This document shows, in pieces, positions 38,873 through 53,078 of a DNA stretch of 64,000 nt (positions are counted from its first letter, which is position 1; each line of letters begins with the position of its first letter). The notes below the pieces were generated by a model. It saw only the letters and a list, made by a program, of their open reading frames with translations, made no database searches and was not told the DNA's origin. The stretch comes from Malacoraja senta (Eukaryota): the NCBI GenBank assembly GCA_038087875.1, contig CM075988.1, positions 25,360,001 through 25,424,000 of the forward strand. The letters are read 5' to 3'. Made by a program: the position numbers and the translations under genes.

Positions 38873-41204
38873 AAGTGCAAAGTGGGGTTGGGATTGTCAA
38901 TGAATTTTTCAAATCCTGACGCACAGATTCTATGGAGCCTCTTGTGTCATTTAGGATGAATGTTAAAATACCAAAGAACATTTGATTGCCATAGAACAAT
39001 ATTTGTGGAACAATCAATGTGTCTGGGGTATATCATTTGGGGAAAGTCAGTGGATATATTCAATGCAGATAGATAGATTCTTGATTAATGCGGGTGTCAG
39101 GGGTTATGGGGAGAAGACAGGAGAATGGGGTGGGGAGGGAGAGATAGATCAGCCAGTACGAGTGAATGGTGGAGTAGACGGGATGGGCCAAATGGCCTAA
39201 TTCTGCTCCTATTACTTATGAACTTTTGAAAGGAACCTGGAAACACAAACCAACAATGCAGGGAGGATGCCTGGGCTTCATAGTGAGGGGATATAGGCAT
39301 AAGGCAGGAACGAGGTACTGATTGGGGATGATCAGCCATGATCACATTGTATGGCTGTGCTGGCTCGAAGGGCCGAATGGCCTACTCCTGCACCTATTGT
39401 CTATTGTCTCTCCCAAATCCTGATACAAAATCCATCTCTAAAATCAACACAAGAGGAGAATGTTTCGGGGCATTACCTAGTGGCAATTTTGAGATATAAA
39501 TCCTAAAACGGATGCAACTCCAAATCACTGATGTATTGTACAAGCTCTTAGCAGGGACCTGCCATCTACCCAGGTGACGAAACACTTCGTTTATAAAGGT
39601 TGAAGGGGAGTGCTGGGTTTTTTAATCCACAAATTCAAGTGTTTGTTACTGCGTTAAACTTCACAACAAGCCACAAGTTTAAACGTTTGTGAGGGCCAGG
39701 TAACACCAGAAATTCACCAAATGGCACCTCCGAGTGTCCGCCTGGCATGTCCAATGTTAGAGGGACGGACAGGGAGAGGGAGAGGAGTCAGCACATGGGA
39801 TAACGGTACTGGCCACATCCTGCGAGCTGAGTGAGACACAGCTATCAAGAACAGTGAAGGAATCCTCCTGCCCCAGAGTATAACATACACCGGGCTCAGC
39901 AGAACAGGAAGCACTCAGCAACCCAGGCAGAACTCACTAATGCCTCTGCACAGCTCGAATCAATAGTGTCAGTCGGGGTCAGGACAGAAACTGCTCTCCA
40001 GCTATTAAACAACGACATCACTTTCTCCGTTTCCCCTCTCCCTCCTTCTCTCTGTCACTTTTAAATATATTTGTTTCTATCTCAGATATTTGTTTGATTT
40101 CTATACCTGGTGGTTTTCCACAGTTCTGCCTGACCAGACGAGACAGGAAGAGGAAACTAAGGTTCGATGTTATCCTTTAAAAATAGATTGGATGGGTATA
40201 TGGACGGGAAAGGAATGGAGGGTTATGGTCTGAGTGCAGGTAGATGGGACTAGGGGGAAGTATTTATTTTTAATTTAAAACAAAATAATAATTTTTAAAA
40301 AAAATGTTCGGCACGGACTTGAAGGGCCGAGATGGCCTGTTTCCGTGCTGTTATGGTTATATGGTTATATGGTTAAGGTGGGGATTCACACTCTCATTCA
40401 TGGTCTGGTTACATTTACCTTTCAAGAACCCTTCCCCCTGTTCAAGATTTGTAGATCTCAATATCATGGGTTTACAGACCACACCTCGACACCAAATATC
40501 CTCTTAGTATCCCCATCCTGGTAAAAAACTGTTATCTACCTCATTGGTGACCCTTGGACTATCATTGATCAGACTTTACTGGTTTTATCTTGCAGTAAAC
40601 ATTATTCCATTCATCCTGTATCTGTACACTGTTGACGGCTCGATTGTAATCATGTATTGTCTTTCCACTAACTGGTTAGCACGCAACAAAAGCTTTTCAC
40701 TGTACCTCGGTACACGTGACAGTAAACCAAACTGAACTGAAAATTGGAATAAGGGTCTCTGGAGACAATGACAAGCATTTACATTTGATCTTTCTGGGGT
40801 CAGAGGTGGTGTATTCAACATATGTGTCATGTTCAAGAAGGAACTGCAGATGCTGGAAAATCGAAGGTACACAAAAGTGCTGGAGAAACTTAGCGGGTGC
40901 GGCAGCATCTATGGAGCGAAGGAAATAGGCAACGTTTCGGGCCGAAACCCTTCTTCACACCAATGTGTCATGTGTATCCTCAACAAGAGGAGGGTGCAGC
41001 CCGTACCCCTGGTGACCCCGGCTCTCGATGCTCAGTACTACGTGTGGATTTAATGGGGTGACTATCGCTTCATGGCAGCCTGCCTTTCTGTAACAGTTTT
41101 AACAAAGTAGAACACAGTATACATCAACGGCAACATCAACAGAAAACTTGACACAGGGAGGGGATAAAACAGGACACCAGAAACTTAGGATGGGAATTGT
41201 ATTT

Positions 41205-41230
41205 ATATGTATGTGTATGTGTATGTGTAT

Positions 41231-41291
<61 letters not shown>

Positions 41292-41357
41292 CGTGCGCGT
41301 ATGTATGTGTATATATCTATCTATATTTAAAACTGTGTGTGTGTGTGTATATATATA

Positions 41358-41390
<33 letters not shown>

Positions 41391-41490
41391 GCATATACAC
41401 ATGTGTATGTGTGCACGCATGTGTGTATATGTATATAAATAAATATAGATATTTATATGCATTCCACGGCATTGCATATAAATATATATT
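41205..41490 (+). repeat. Compound (TG)n/(TA)n microsatellite
   Basis: Seen directly. Confidence 0.95.
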
Positions 41491-42284
41491 CCTGAATATT
41501 AGGACCTATTCAGGCAGCTTTCACATCTGCGTGAGAAAGGGTTTGATTGGACCTCACCACAGTTGGATGCATCACCCCACAGAACGGTTGGGCCTCTGGT
41601 TATTGGATGGCCTCACAGGGCATGGACAGTTGCCCCTGGTGCAGATTGGACAGGGGACATGCTGACAGTCAGGCATGGATTTAGCTCCGACTGGCGAGGG
41701 CAAGGGAAACCCGGCAGCATCTCCGTACTCAATCCCAATTCTATCTGGAAAAAGTGCAAGGTGGGGTTGGGATTGGGATGGCCAATGAACTTGTCAAATC
41801 CTGATCCACCGATTCCATTGGGCCTCTTGTGTCATTTAGGATGGAAGGCCAGGGATACCACACCCAGCAGGAACCAACCTCAGGTCCACTTCTATGAGGA
41901 GATGGGCGTTTCAATGAGTGGGAGCCACTGGTTAGATACAGTGGCTGCTCCAGGTAGCAAGAACACAGTTTCCAATCAGCAGTAAATAACAACAACATCA
42001 TTGGACAAACAAATGAATCACATACCACACGAGACAAGATGGAATAAGGCTCCCTCTGTTCTAAACTCTCAATATTCCCATTATCCACACAGCAGTGTTC
42101 TCGTGTTAGTTTGGAGTGAAGGGGCCATTCATTGCCATCCAAAGGGGTATCAATGACATGGACGCACCCCTCACAGGAAACTGACCAAATAATTCCTGTT
42201 ATAAAGCGCACCATTTTAAGGTAGACAAAAATACTGGAGGAACTCAGCGGATGAGGCAGCATCTATGGAGCAAAGGAAATAGGC

Positions 42285-42312
42285 AACGTTTCGGGTCGAG
42301 ACCCTTCTTCAG
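42285..42312 (-). ncRNA. Minimal hammerhead-like core, sense to UBASH3B (intron 2)
   Basis: Reverse complement ctgaagaagggtctcgacccgaaacgtt. Confidence 0.6.
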
Positions 42313-43280
42313 ACTGATCATTTTAAACTGCTTTATCTATTGAACTAACACTTATAATTGCCAGCAATGCTATATTCTTTGTTGCAAGAAAACCCAATTT
42401 TTCCGACATTCAGCAGAGCTCTTTGATCTCTCTTTGATGTAGAGGAGAAGTTAAGTGGGCAGTTCTGCGATGGAGCCAAGACCAAATAGCTGCCAGCTGC
42501 TGTATCATTCAATGAATGGATTAAAGAAATGAAACCACCATACACAGTGATAGGATTCTTAATCATTTGGGCGTGGAATGCATTGCCGGGGTGGTGATGG
42601 AAGCAGATACGATTGTGGTGTTTAAGAGGCTTTTAGACAGGCATGGAATTGCAGGGAATAGAGGGATGTGGATCATTACAGGCAAATGGGATTGGTTTGG
42701 CTTGGCACCATGTTCAGCATGAGTATTGTGGGCCGATGGTCCGTTGCTATGCTGTACTGTTCCATGGTCCTGCACGCTGCAGAGTAGATCCCTTGTATCC
42801 ACAGCCTTCCTTGTGGAGGGAGTTTCACGTTTCCTCAACAAACTTTATGAATCCGAGTCATAGAACGTGGAAACAGGCCCTTCGGCCCATCTAGCCTACG
42901 CCGACCAACAAGCCCCATCTACACTGGTCCCACTTGCCTGCGATTGGCCCATTTCCCACAAAAACCTATCCAATCCATGTACCTGTCTAAATGTTTCTTA
43001 ATGATCCGGCTTTAAATTAAATTTGACGTCCCATTTTACCCGCTACCTCGCACCCTTTGATCAGAGAATCCCTCAAACCATGCTGCACTTGGGGTAAAGC
43101 GTTTCTCACGCCGCTTTTCTTGGGGTGGTGAACAAACACAGAGTGTCACCGATCCGCCTGTGGCAAAGACATTGGGAGTATATGGGCCCACACTCGGGAA
43201 CGCCATTGAACTGCACGGAGATTCACGGCAATGCAACCCGGTCACAGTAATCCAGGCTGCCGACAGCCGTCAAGTGGCAA

Positions 43281-43600
43281 TAAAGGGCCTGTCCCACTGT
43301 ACGAGCTAATTCAAGAGCTCTCCCGAGTTAAAAAAAAAAAAAAAACTCGTAGTAAGCACGGAGAATGAACGTAGCGGGTACGTCGGAGCTCGGGGACGTC
43401 TCTTAGCGGCTCGTAACGCTAACGGCAGGTACTCGGAAAACGCGGTAAGCTCGGGAAGACTCGTGAAGATTTTTCAACATGTTGAAAAATGTCCACGAGA
43501 GCCCAGAGTACCTACGAGCGGCTATTACCGTAATTCTCCGAGTTCGAATTAGGGGAAACTCGGGAGATCTCTTGAATTAGCTCGTACAGTGGGACAGCCC
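43281..43600. mobile_element. Palindromic MITE related to 7093-7387
   Basis: TIR cctgtcccactgtacgagctaattcaagag / ctcttgaattagctcgtacagtgggacag; shared internal aacatgttgaaaaatgtccacgag. Confidence 0.88.
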
Positions 43601-43695
43601 AATAATGTACACAGAGGTGATGGACACCATGCCAGCGCTAACTGCAAGAGAAAATAGTTAAGTTGCAGGTTTGTAGACATTAAGCTGATACCAAC

Positions 43696-43749
43696 CAATC
43701 ACATGCGGCCTGGACACTCTTCCCTCCAGTAGATGCTAGCGCCTTTAGT
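43696..43749 (-). CDS. UBASH3B: UBASH3B coding exon 2 (54 nt), UBA domain: LKALASTGGKSVQAACDW
   Basis: Matches recalled human STS-1 QKALASTGGRSVQAACDW; acceptor ttccag, donor gttggt; phase fits exon 3. Confidence 0.93.
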
Positions 43750-45261
43750 CTGGAAGAAAAAGATGAAAGAGAATTGTTAACACATTGGGTTTCAGACGGG
43801 GCCATTCCATTCTCAGTTACTGGCACCTTGCGGTCCTTGTGGAATCCACCTAGGAAGATGCAAATCTCTGACAATAATCTTCCACCGCTCTGATTATAGG
43901 ACAGAGTTAAACAGCACTGTGACCTGCAGGAATCAGATGGACATACACATACGCACACAAAGAAAAGCATGCTGGATCTTCAGTCCTGTTATGCATACAA
44001 TAAAAAAGACACAAAATGCTGAAGTAACTCAGTGGAACAGGCAACATCTCTGGAGAGAAGAAATAGATCACGTTCCAGGTCGAGACCCCGCAACCCAAAA
44101 CCAGCATCTGCAGTTCCTTCCTACACATTTCGTATGCATACAGTAAATATGGGGACTGTCAATCTAATTGATTCAAGAAAATCACTTCCATCCATGTCAC
44201 CTCCTCCCAGCCTCCGACTGTGATCGAGCAATATTCCAGCAGCCGCACTATAAGCTGTCGGTCGTGCTGGTGACTTTAAGTGTCGACCGTATAGGATTTC
44301 AGGTCTGACAGGATGCGCAGCAGAAATGCTGAAGATGGTTCAAGTAACTCCATGCCAAAGGAACTCATGTGTGACTGATCAAAGTTTCATAACAAGGGGC
44401 TGCTCAGTTAAGACAAAGCAGATGAGTAATTTCTTCTACCGGAAGGTCACAACTCTGGAATCCCCGACACCAGAGAGCCCTGGAGTCATTGAAGACGTTT
44501 GAGGCTGAGACTTGCCAGATATGATCTTGATGTTTAAGAGTCATTTAGGCCCGCAATGAATATGGACCATGTGCAGACACAAGTGATTAGTTACGTTTTG
44601 CTTTCCCCTCACCCGACAATCAAACTGAAGGAGGGTCCCGACCCGAAATGCCACCCATCCATGTTCTCCAGAGATGCTGTTTGACCCGCACAGTAACTCC
44701 AGCGCACTTGGTCTTTTTTTGGAGGGTTAGTTTAATTTGGTATCACAGCCAACACAGACATCGTCCTGTTCCTGTGCTGTACTGTTCTATGCTTCATGTT
44801 ATACTTAACGTACACGTGTGCAAATGGGATTGAAGAGAGAATGGGAAAATTAGGTTGAGACCAAGGTTGGATCAGCCATTAATCTATTAAATGGCAGATA
44901 ATGTTCAAAGGACTGAATGGACTGGCATTTATATCTTTTTTTTTGCTTACTTGACTGGCTTAAGAAATGTTCCTTAAATCACATGTTAGATGATAAAGTG
45001 CAATTGGATCTTTGCCTTTCTCCTTAGTTTCACTCCTCTCCAAGATTTGTGACAGTGACTGAAGATTAAAGTGTGCGTTTTTCCACCTTGGCCACATTCA
45101 CCCCAGCTTAATTTGGTGTCTAGTGAACCTGGAATTTCGAAATATATTTCTAGGTTTAAAATAATACTCTTCACTTGGAAAGGAAATGGTGGTTTTTCAG
45201 GCAGGAAGCTGTGGTGTTACAGAGAGGTATTTACAAAAAAAGGTTTGATTAGGATTTTTCA

Positions 45262-45500
45262 GGGTGGCGCTACGGTAAAGTTCCTGCCTCACAGCCCCAG
45301 AGACCCGGGTTCGATCCTGGCTACGGCTGCTGTCTGTGCAGAGTTTGTACGTTCTCCCCCGTGACCATGTGGGTTTTCCCCGGGTGCTCTGGTTTCCTCC
45401 CACACTCCGAAGACGTACAAGTTTGTAGGTTAATTTGGCATCGCTCGGTAAGTTGTAAAATTGTCCCTAGTGTGTGTAGGATAGTGTTAGTGTTACGGGA
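45262..45500 (+). mobile_element. V-SINE (HE1-like), 3'-truncated
   Basis: B box ggttcgatcc, V core. Confidence 0.85.
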
Positions 45501-45526
45501 TTGCATCTTTGAATTTTTTAGACTTC

Positions 45527-46287
45527 AAGTCAAGTCAAGTCAAGTGAGTTTATTGTCATGTGTCCCTGGTAGGACAATGAAATTCTTGCTTTGCTTGAGC
45601 ACAACAGAACATAGTAGGCATTTACTACAAGGCATTCTATAAATATATACACAATGGTCAATATACTGATAAAGTGCAAATAACAGTATTGGCTAGTAAA
45701 GTTCAGTGTTATGTCCGAGCCAGGTTTAATAGCCTGATGGCTGTGGGGAAGTAGCTGTTCCTGAACCTGGTCGTTGCAGTCTTCAGGCTCCTGTACTTTC
45801 TACCTGAAGGTAGTAGGGAGATGAGTGTGTGGCCAGGATGGTGTGGGTCCTTGATGATGCTGCCAGCCTTTTTGAGGCAGCGACTGTGGTAGATCCCCTC
45901 GATGGAAGGGAGGTCAGAGCCGATGATGGACTGGGCAGTGTTTACTACTTTTTGTAGTCTTTTCCTCTCCAGGGCACTCAAGTTGCCGAACCAAGCCACG
46001 ATGCAACCGGTCAGCATGCTCTCTACTGTGCACCTGTAGAAGTTAGAGAGAGTCCTCCTTGACAAAACCGACTCTCCGTAATCTTCTCAGGAAGTAGAGG
46101 CGCTGATGTGCTTTCTTAATAATGGCATCATTGTTCTCGGACCAGGAAAGATCTTCAGAGATGTGCACGCCCAGGAATTTGAAGCTCTTGACCCTTTCAA
46201 CCATCGACCCGTTGATATAAACGGGACTGTGGGTCCCCATCCTACTCCTTCCAAAGTCCACAATCAGTTCCTTGGTTTTGCTGGTGA
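45527..46287 (-). mobile_element. Rex1/Babar-type LINE 3' fragment
   Basis: KTKELIVDF...FKFLGVHISEDLSW...KKAHQRLYFLRRL...NFYRCTVESML; (cttga)n tail; one frameshift. Confidence 0.88.
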
Positions 46288-47657
46288 CGTTAGAGAAGGT
46301 GTGTGGAAACAGGCCCTTCAGCCCACCGAGTCCACGCGTGGACTTGGTGGGCTGAAGGGCCTGTTCCCACACCGTTTCTCTAAAGTCCAAACAATTCAAA
46401 GATGGAATGCCAATTGTAGCAGTGATCCTGAAGGATGATCACATCCTCCAAATAGCCTCTTGGTGGCGATCCCTGGAGGTGACGACGCGACGCTCTCTGG
46501 GACGCGCCGGGCGACAATTCTGCCAACATGTTGGACGACGACAGAAGCCAACAGCGAGCTACATCGTCTGACACACGAGCGAACATCCTCCAAACACACG
46601 TGGGGGGGGGAGGTGGCACAGACCTTCAATCCTCTGCTATTCAATCAATTCAAATGGGAGTCCCCTCGCTAATGTCTAAAGGATTATGTCAGTAAATTAT
46701 AACATTTATACACTCGTGTCTTGTCTCTCTTTCCCGTCTTGTCATAATATAAAATAACAATTCACCATCAATAACTGGTTCATGCAGCATTATTGAACTA
46801 CAGTTCCAAATATTTCTCTGAAGAGAGAAAGGCAGAAATAAGTGTGTAGGAAGGAACTGCAGATGCTGGTTTACACCGAAGGTAGACACAAAATGCTGGA
46901 GTAACTCAGCGGGACAGGCAGCGTCTCTGGAGAGAAGGAATGGGAGACGCTTCGGGTCCAGCCTGTCCTGCTGAGTTTCTCCAGCATTTTGGATCTAAAG
47001 ACAGAAACAAGCCCGATACAAGCAACAGAAATAGGCCGAGGAAGGTGTGGATACAGTGGGCAAAAGATACATCAGAGAAGACCTGCCAATTTCCCAAATA
47101 TAGGCTGGAAATTGAGGTGTATAATCCATGTGCAGGATTAGGTATAATAATTGTATTAAGAATAAGTGATATTATTCAAAGAATGTTCAGTATTTTTTAG
47201 CTTTTTTTTGCTTGTAAGAAAGGAAATGCTGAGTTGACAGTCTCTGTAATCCACCGATATTAAATGGATAGCTTTGTAGATGATGTGAAGACAGGGTCAC
47301 GAGTACTGGCCTTCAATCTCCTCAATGTCTGAATATTTCTCCAAGCTACTTATGATGATATTAGTGTGGCTGGCCTGCCCTCATTTATTATTACCCAGCC
47401 CATTAACTCCACATCAGCCAGGGTGATGGATCGATCCAGTTCACCAGGATGTGAAAAGGACTTTGCAGGAGGCAGAGGCTTTTTGTAATACATGGTGTAG
47501 GAGGCACCAGAAGTGCTTTTAAATGTTGTAGGAAGGAACTGCAAATGCTCGTTAAAACCGAAGGTAGACACAAAATGCTGGAGTAACTCAGCGGGACAGG
47601 CAGCATCTCTGGAGACAAGGAATGAGTGACATTTCAGGTCAAGACCCTTCTTCAGTC

Positions 47658-48175
47658 ATACGCATATACACACACATACATACACACACACACACATACA
47701 TATACATAATTGCACACATACATATATACACGTACATACACACATACATATACACATATATATACACACACACATGCATACATACATACATATACACATA
47801 TATACGCACACATGCATACACATACATATACACATATATATACACACACATGCATACACACATACATATACACATATATATACACACACACACATATATA
47901 CACACATACATATACATAATTACACACATACATATATACACGTACATACACACATATATACACATACATACATACATACATATACACATATATATACACA
48001 CATGCATACACACACACACATATATACACACATACATATATACACACATATACACATACATATACATAATTACACACATACATATGTACACATACATACA
48101 CACATATATATACACATACATGCATACATACATATACATACATATACACACACACACACACACACATACATAAAC
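47658..48175 (+). repeat. Long (CA/TA) compound microsatellite with higher-order repetition
   Basis: Seen directly; recurrent catacatatacataatt marker. Confidence 0.95.
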
Positions 48176-48574
48176 ATATTTACATCTATCTCGTCTTCAG
48201 TTTATTCCCAATTGTTAACCACCCTCAGCTTTCAGGATAAAGTCAGTGCGTATATAAGCAAGCGTTGACCATACAGTGCAGATGATGTAGAACATGCATT
48301 CCTCGGGGTTGGGTACATGAGTAACAATCCAGTCGGCTTAATGATGACTATTTTATAAATTCCATGTTGTTTATAATTGTTTGAATGTAACTTCCTGCAG
48401 TGTTGGGTGGAATGTGAACCCATGTGTCTGGGTTACTTGTCCAGGTCTCCAGCAGAGTTTATTTCAGGATGTTGCTTACGGGCGGGATGTCAGCCGGGGA
48501 AAGGGCAGTGTCTGGTACAACAGGTAACGTCACTGCCACTCAGCTCCAGCAGCTGGGGGCTGATGCTTTGTGTC

Positions 48575-49035
48575 ATAAGGTCATATGTAATAGGAACAGA
48601 ATTAGACCAGGCATCTACTGCGCCATTCAATCATGGCTGATCTATCTCTCCCTCCTTCTCCCCATAGCCCCCGACAACCGTAGTAATCAAGAATCTTGAC
48701 GCGAAACGTCACCTATTTCCTTCGCTCCATAGATGCTGCCTCACCCGCTGAGTTTCTCCAGCATTTTTGTCTACCATCGATTTTCCAGCATCTGCAGTTC
48801 CTTCTTAAACAAGAATCTATCTACAGTATCTCTGCTTTAAAAATATCCATTGACGGCCTCCACAGCCTTCTGTGACAAAGAATTCCACAGATTCACCACC
48901 CTCTGACTAAATAAATTCCTTCTCATCGCCTTCCTAAAAGAATGTCCTTTAATTCTGAGGCTATGACCTCTAGTCCTAGACTCTCCCACTAGTGGAAACA
49001 TCCTCTCCACATCCACTCTATCCAAGCCTTTCACT
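48575..49035 (-). mobile_element. CR1 3' fragment with nested PLE repeat (48698-48810, TSD caagaatct)
   Basis: KGLDRVDVERMFPLVGESRTRGH translation. Confidence 0.87.
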
Positions 49036-49086
49036 GTGGAACCAGGCTCTGTGCAATCTGCATGTTCTACATGACCATACCAGTTT

Positions 49087-50075
49087 CAAGTCAAGTCAAG
49101 TCAAGTTTATTCGTCACATACGCATACGAGATGTGCAGTGAAATGGAAATGTGGCAATGCTCACGGATTGTGCAAAAAAACAAACAAACTAACAAACTAC
49201 AAACAGAATGGAACAGAATCACATAATCACATATTACATATTTGTGGGAGGAAAAAAAGAAGAAAGCAATTTAAAAAAGACATCACACAACAGTAGTTTG
49301 GTTCAGTAAGTTAGTCCCTGGTGAGATAGGACTTTACAGTCCTAATGGCCTCTGGGAAGAAACTCCTTCTCATCCTCTCCGTTTTCACAGCATGGCAACG
49401 GAGGCGTTTGCCCGACCGTAGCAGCTGGAACAGCCCGTTGCTGGGGTGGAAGTGGTCTCCCATGATCTTGTTCAATTCAATTCAATTCAATTTATTTGTC
49501 TTTTGGACAAATTTGTCATTTGGACCCCTTGAGGTCCAAACGAAATGTCGTTTCTGCAGCCATACAATACAAAACGAAGAAGACCCGAGACACAACACAA
49601 TTTACACATACATCCATCACAACACTGTGATGGAAGGCAAAAAAAACGTATCTCTCCACTGCACTCCCCCCCCCCCGATGTCAGAGTCAAAGTCAAAGTC
49701 CCCGGCGGGCGATGGTGATTATCCCGCGGCCATTAAAGCCACGCCGGGTGATGCAAGGTCGCGCACCGGGTCTTGGTGTTAGAGCCCCGGCGCGCGCCCG
49801 CAAAGTTCGGCGGCCATTCCAAGCCGCGCGGGGGGATAAAGCCCCGCTCCAGGTGCTCTTCAACCCCGCAACTCGGGCGGGAGAAGTCGCCTCTGGATCT
49901 GCACCTTCTGGTGTATAGTTCCTGCAGGGGGGCGAGTGTAGTTCCCATAGTGCGTTCGGCCGAACGCACTACTCTCTGCAGAGCCTTCTTGTCCTGGGCA
50001 GAGCAGTTCCCAAACCAAATCGTGATGTTTCTGGACAAGATGCTTTCCACAGCCGCTGAGTAGAAGCACTGGAGG
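49087..50075 (-). mobile_element. Rex1/Babar-type LINE fragment (second subfamily) interrupted by a GC-rich short retroposon (about 49471-49890)
   Basis: CFYSAAVESILSRNITIWFGNC..DKKALQRVVRSAE; (cttga)n and (ttgaa)n tails. Confidence 0.8.
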
Positions 50076-52721
50076 TGCTTGTGGGTGCTCTGGTTTTCTT
50101 TCACTACCCCGAGCGTGAGTAGTTGGTGGGATAATCAGGGTGCAATCAATGGGGCATTTGTGAAGGAAATGAAAGAGAATTGGAATAAGGCTTAAATTTA
50201 TTATCGTCATATATACAGTTTTGCACGTTATCTAATCTATAAAACTCACTCCAGCCAAACTCAAGTGCAAAGAGGTAGAGTGAAGGGAAATATACAGAGT
50301 GCAGAATATAGATTGCTCTGAGAGCTGGCGTAGATTCGACGGCCCGAATGGCCGCCTTTTATACCGTGAGTAAACGTGAAAACGGCAGAAAAAACATGAC
50401 AGCTTGGCAGTGAGAGGAACCGGATGCCGATAGTAAAATATATATTTATCAAGTAGGGACAGCTTGGAAAAAAAGATTCAAGTGGAATTTCTTTCATCAA
50501 TAGCTTCGATGATGAACGTTACCACAAGCAGTTATGAACAAATTAAATAAGAAAGGAGAAGGGTACTTAGATAGGGCGAGGCAGCGGTAGGAAAATAGCA
50601 AAGAGTGAGTCATTCGCTATTGAGAGTAACGACCAAGAGATAGGGGTTAGTGGTCAGAAATAGACTGTACAACCACCCCTTACTAGAACTGAACTGCTCT
50701 GGGACATTACTGTTGCTCTGCCATAATCTACAAACACATCTCGGGTTCAGAGGCTTCAAGTCGAAAGGGCTTCACTTGCCGACCATTTTGTACAAGCAAG
50801 AACAGATGAACCTTTCATGGCAGTAAAAGCAGCCTTCAGTTTTCTTCAATATCACAAATCTGACTTGACTCATTGCCAACACAATATCTGCACATTTAAC
50901 CTCGGCTACAACAGAATAGAGCTTTTGTTATTTTTATAGGTTAAAGATTTGCAATATTTCCTAAACTTTCGTGCGATTTGTATCCATGAAACATTCTTGT
51001 CTGATCTGTGTCCAGGCAGAGCCCTCAGCTCCTTATGCATCCCTAGTTCCTTCGCTCCATAGATGTTGCCTCACCCGCTGAGTCTTTTTAAAATTGCAGT
51101 TTTTTCTTTTTTTCCTCCCACAAATATGTGAATATGTGATTCTGTTCCATTCCGTTTTGTAGTTTTTTTGCACAATTCACAAGCATTACCATTTTTCATT
51201 TCACTGCACATCTCGTATGTGTATGTGATGAATAAACTTGACTTGACTTGGTTTTCTCCAGCATTTTTGTCTACCGCTCCTCATGCATGTGCCTTTGTTT
51301 GGATAGACCTGGTCCAATGGCAGAATCCTGCCCTTTCTCCAAACCTTGGACCCATTTTCCTTTCTTTAGGGTAAAAGTCAAATCAACGTTGAAAGTTATC
51401 ACTGAATCCAATCCTGGCAGTGCAGTCCCAATCAAAACATCCTGTTGCACAAAATGTCCCCCTCTCCCAGTTATTCTGCCAATTGCATTGTGCAGGAAGG
51501 AACTGCAGATGCTGGATTGCACTCAAGATAGACACAGCATGCTGGAGTAACTCGGCGGGACAGGCAGCATCTGTGGATATAAGGATTGGGTGATGTTTCA
51601 GGTCGAGACCCTTCTTCTGAAGGTTTGGAGGGATATGGGCCAAACGCAGGCAGGTGGGACTAGTGTAGATGGGACACGTGGGACTAGTGTAGATGGGACA
51701 CGTTGGTCAGTGTGGGCAAGTTGGGTCAATGGGGCCTGTTTCCACACTGTATCACTCCATGACTCCATTAAGGGAGCTAGCATCAACTATAAGATTGTTG
51801 TTAAAATCTATCTGATGCTTTAATGTGTTTTAGAGAAGGAAATAAGCTTCCCTTGAGTGGCCCTGTGCAAGGTGGCTGAACTAACTAACTACCTTACAAA
51901 TTGGCCAGACATCATTCCATAGTATCAGACCAATACAAAAATCCATGAATATAGAACATAGCAGACCAGCTGGCAATGAACGTGGCACCAGATGGCACAG
52001 AAAATACTTGGGCCAATTTATCAGCAATCCTGGGTCAAAATCATAAACCTGTCTCACAGCTCTGTGGGAGGAGACTAAATCTAAGTAGGCTTCAACTTAC
52101 TATTTCCTGATGAATTTGGGAAAGAATGTGAGCGAATGTACCACACAGGAGGCTGCTGCTTAGCCCATTGGGTCCATGCTGGCTGGACACTCACCTGGCT
52201 TCATCCATTTTCCAGCAACAGGTGCTTGGCCTTGCAGGTGCCAGCTCCCTGACCTCTACATCACCTGTTCACATGTGGCGCCTTCACGCCCACGTTGGTT
52301 TTGCATACAGCCCGTCACCGCTGGCGACCCACCAGCAGCTTCAGAGAACGACCGACCGGCCGGCCACAAGAGCTCAATAACAACTCCAAGGTCAGACACA
52401 CTAATTGGCCTTATCTACATACTGGTTGTGATTGGTGAGAATGTATGTAAAAGGGGCTTCTGGTATAAACGTGACACGTGGTGTCTGGCTCAGCTAAGTA
52501 TCGGTTGTTCTTTGCTTCCTGTCCTGGGATTCTGTAGATCCTACACACATATTCTAGCAGCCTCTGACTTGACACAGTTTTCTCTCATCCTTGTATTAAT
52601 CATTTCAATCCCTATGCCCTAGGTTTTGACCCCTCTCTGCTAATGGAAATAAGTCCTCTACGTCAGTCAGCCCATCAGAATTGTATACCATTCCATTAAA
52701 TCTCAGCCTTTCCCAATCAAA

Positions 52722-53078
52722 GGGCAGCACGGTGGTGCAGCGGTAGAGTTGCTGCCTTACAGCGCCAGAGGCCTGGGTTCAATCCTGACCAAGGGCGTGT
52801 GGGTTTTCTCCAGGTGCTCCAGTTTCCTCCAAAGAGTACGTCTTTGGAATGTGGGAGGAAACTGGAGCACCCGGAGAAAACCCAAACGGTCATAGGGAGA
52901 ACGTACAAATTCCATTCAGACAGCGCCCTTGGTCAGGTTTGTAGGTTAATTGGCTTCTGAAAATTATAAATTGTCCCGTGTGTTGGATAATGCAAGTGTA
53001 CAGGGTGATCGCTGGTCTGCACAGACACGGTGGCCCAAATGGCCCATTTCCACACTGTATCTCTAAACTAAACTAAAC
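52722..53078 (+). mobile_element. V-SINE (HE1-like) with internal inverted segment
   Basis: Head and tail on plus; about 52836-52935 is core sequence in reverse orientation. Confidence 0.82.

Noticed and set aside
47622..48268. Several long HTYI/VCVY ORFs (also 41136-41665)
   Set aside because: Microsatellite translations.
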